NCBI RefSeq assembly: GCF_001194135.2
Contig: NC_068981.1
Location: 156,841,986-156,890,776 of the forward strand
Reading direction: 5' to 3'
Source: Octopus bimaculoides
Lineage: Eukaryota
Length of the DNA stretch: 48,791 nucleotides
The number at the start of each line of letters is the position of its first letter. Position 1 is the stretch's first letter. Both the position numbers and the translations under genes were made by a program. The notes under the pieces were generated by a model. The model ran no database searches, was not told where the DNA came from, and saw nothing but the letters and a program-made list of their open reading frames with translations. Of this stretch, positions 47,590 through 48,791 are shown piece by piece.

Positions 47590-48175
47590 TGGCAGACCAA
47601 AAAGAAAAAGAAAAGAAAAAATAGAAAAAGATGAAATAAGTTGCTAATCAAAATTGGAAAGAGCAGTTACGACGTTTCGAACATTTTCTTTCTCGGGGTA
47701 GAATGTAGAGCCAAAAGAGAGGAAGAAACACGAGATGAAAAAAAAAAGGAAAAAAAAAAACAGGAAAAAGAACGAAGAAAAATATTTAAAAAATGAAAAA
47801 TGCAATCTTGGCAGAGAAGCCACGTCGAGTTGATTTACATGCAGGTCGTTAACTTAGTGAAGTTAGATGGATAGATGGATGATTGAATAGATTGATATGT
47901 GGACTAGATGGGGTGTTTCTAGAAGACGGGTGTGAATGCAAGTGACACGTATGTCTGTGTATGTGGCAGGGATGTCAAAGAGTATTTTTTCTGTGTACGT
48001 GGTTGTCTGTGTTGTGTTTGCGCACGCGCGATGTTTGTGTATGTATGTGTGTGTATGTGTGTGTGTGTATTCGTGCATGTATATATGCATATGTGTGTGT
48101 ATATGCTGGCCGTCGACTGACCGGAAATTGGATGGCGGGCTTATGCGTTGTCTTTCGTGTGTCTGTGTCCGTATA

Positions 48176-48206
<31 letters not shown>

Positions 48207-48224
48207 GTTGTGTATTATTTTACT

Positions 48225-48592
48225 CTTTCTTTTATTCTTTTACACGTTTCAGTCATTTGACTGCGGCCGTGCTGGAGTACCGCCTTAAAGGCTTTTAGTC
48301 GAAGAAATCGACCGCGAGACTTATTCTATGTAAGCCTAGAACTTATTCTATCGGTCTCTTTTACGAGGACATAAACGCACAAACATCAGTTGTCAAGCGA
48401 TGATGGGGGACAAACAGACGCACAGGCACAAATATACATATATGACGGGTTTGTTTCAGTTTCCGTCTACCAAATCCACTGACAAGGCTTTGGGCTGCCC
48501 GAGGCTATAGTAGAAGACACTTGTCCAAAGTGCCACGCAGTGGGACTGAACCCGGAACCATGTGGTGGGGAAGCAAGCTTCTTTATTTCATA
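48225..48592 (-). mobile_element. Near-complete SINE family B
   Basis: Reverse complement has head, CORE-like block, short TA/TG linker and 3' module. Confidence 0.9.
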
Positions 48593-48791
48593 AATTTTGC
48601 CATACAGGCATTACATAGAGGGGACAAACAAAGACAAACAAACGGACATTAATGAATGAAATTAATACAAAAAGATGAGTAAAAAATGGGAGAGGCACCG
48701 GCGCCCGCCGACCGACAACCCCTCGAAAACCTTGTTCAATAAAAATCATCAACAAAATCAAATTAAATCAAGTCCTATGGTCCTCCACATC

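Noticed and set aside
47660-47705. Second hammerhead-like motif on the minus strand (GAA-AATG-TTC GAAACGTC)
   Set aside because: Core reads CCGAGAA (two substitutions) and stem I is broken; at best a dead PLE-type relic.
48690-48791. Possible LINE 3' UTR at the window edge
   Set aside because: Too short and truncated to classify.

Overview
Eukaryotic, AT-rich, repeat-saturated draft-assembly DNA with 10 N-gaps, most abutting microsatellites. The SINE families and extreme microsatellite load look like an octopod cephalopod (Octopus-like) genome; this is inferred from pattern recall, not a database result. No host gene, CRISPR array or intact transposase/RT ORF is supported; nearly all listed ORFs are microsatellite or N-run artefacts or TE remnants. 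Recognisable content: dead Tc1/mariner elements (including a full-length 1.27 kb mariner and a 190 bp MITE), two hAT (Buster/Charlie-like) relics, L1/Tx1-like, RTE-like and Penelope-like relics, four restriction-like-endonuclease (R4/Dong/NeSL-type) 3' fragments each fused to a microsatellite, and about 25 SINE copies from 3-4 modular families. The most unusual signals are (1) a 0.9 kb cluster at 19.9-20.85 kb holding a perfect 23 bp palindrome, a 3x25 bp repeat, a 125 bp/96% foldback and a candidate minimal hammerhead ribozyme; (2) a 5S rRNA-derived relic directly upstream of a tRNA-SINE head; (3) a perfect 61 bp inverted repeat from a family that recurs with a 535 bp period; and (4) a local duplication-plus-inversion at 31-34 kb. 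Alignments and identities were done by hand against remembered consensus motifs and need computational confirmation.
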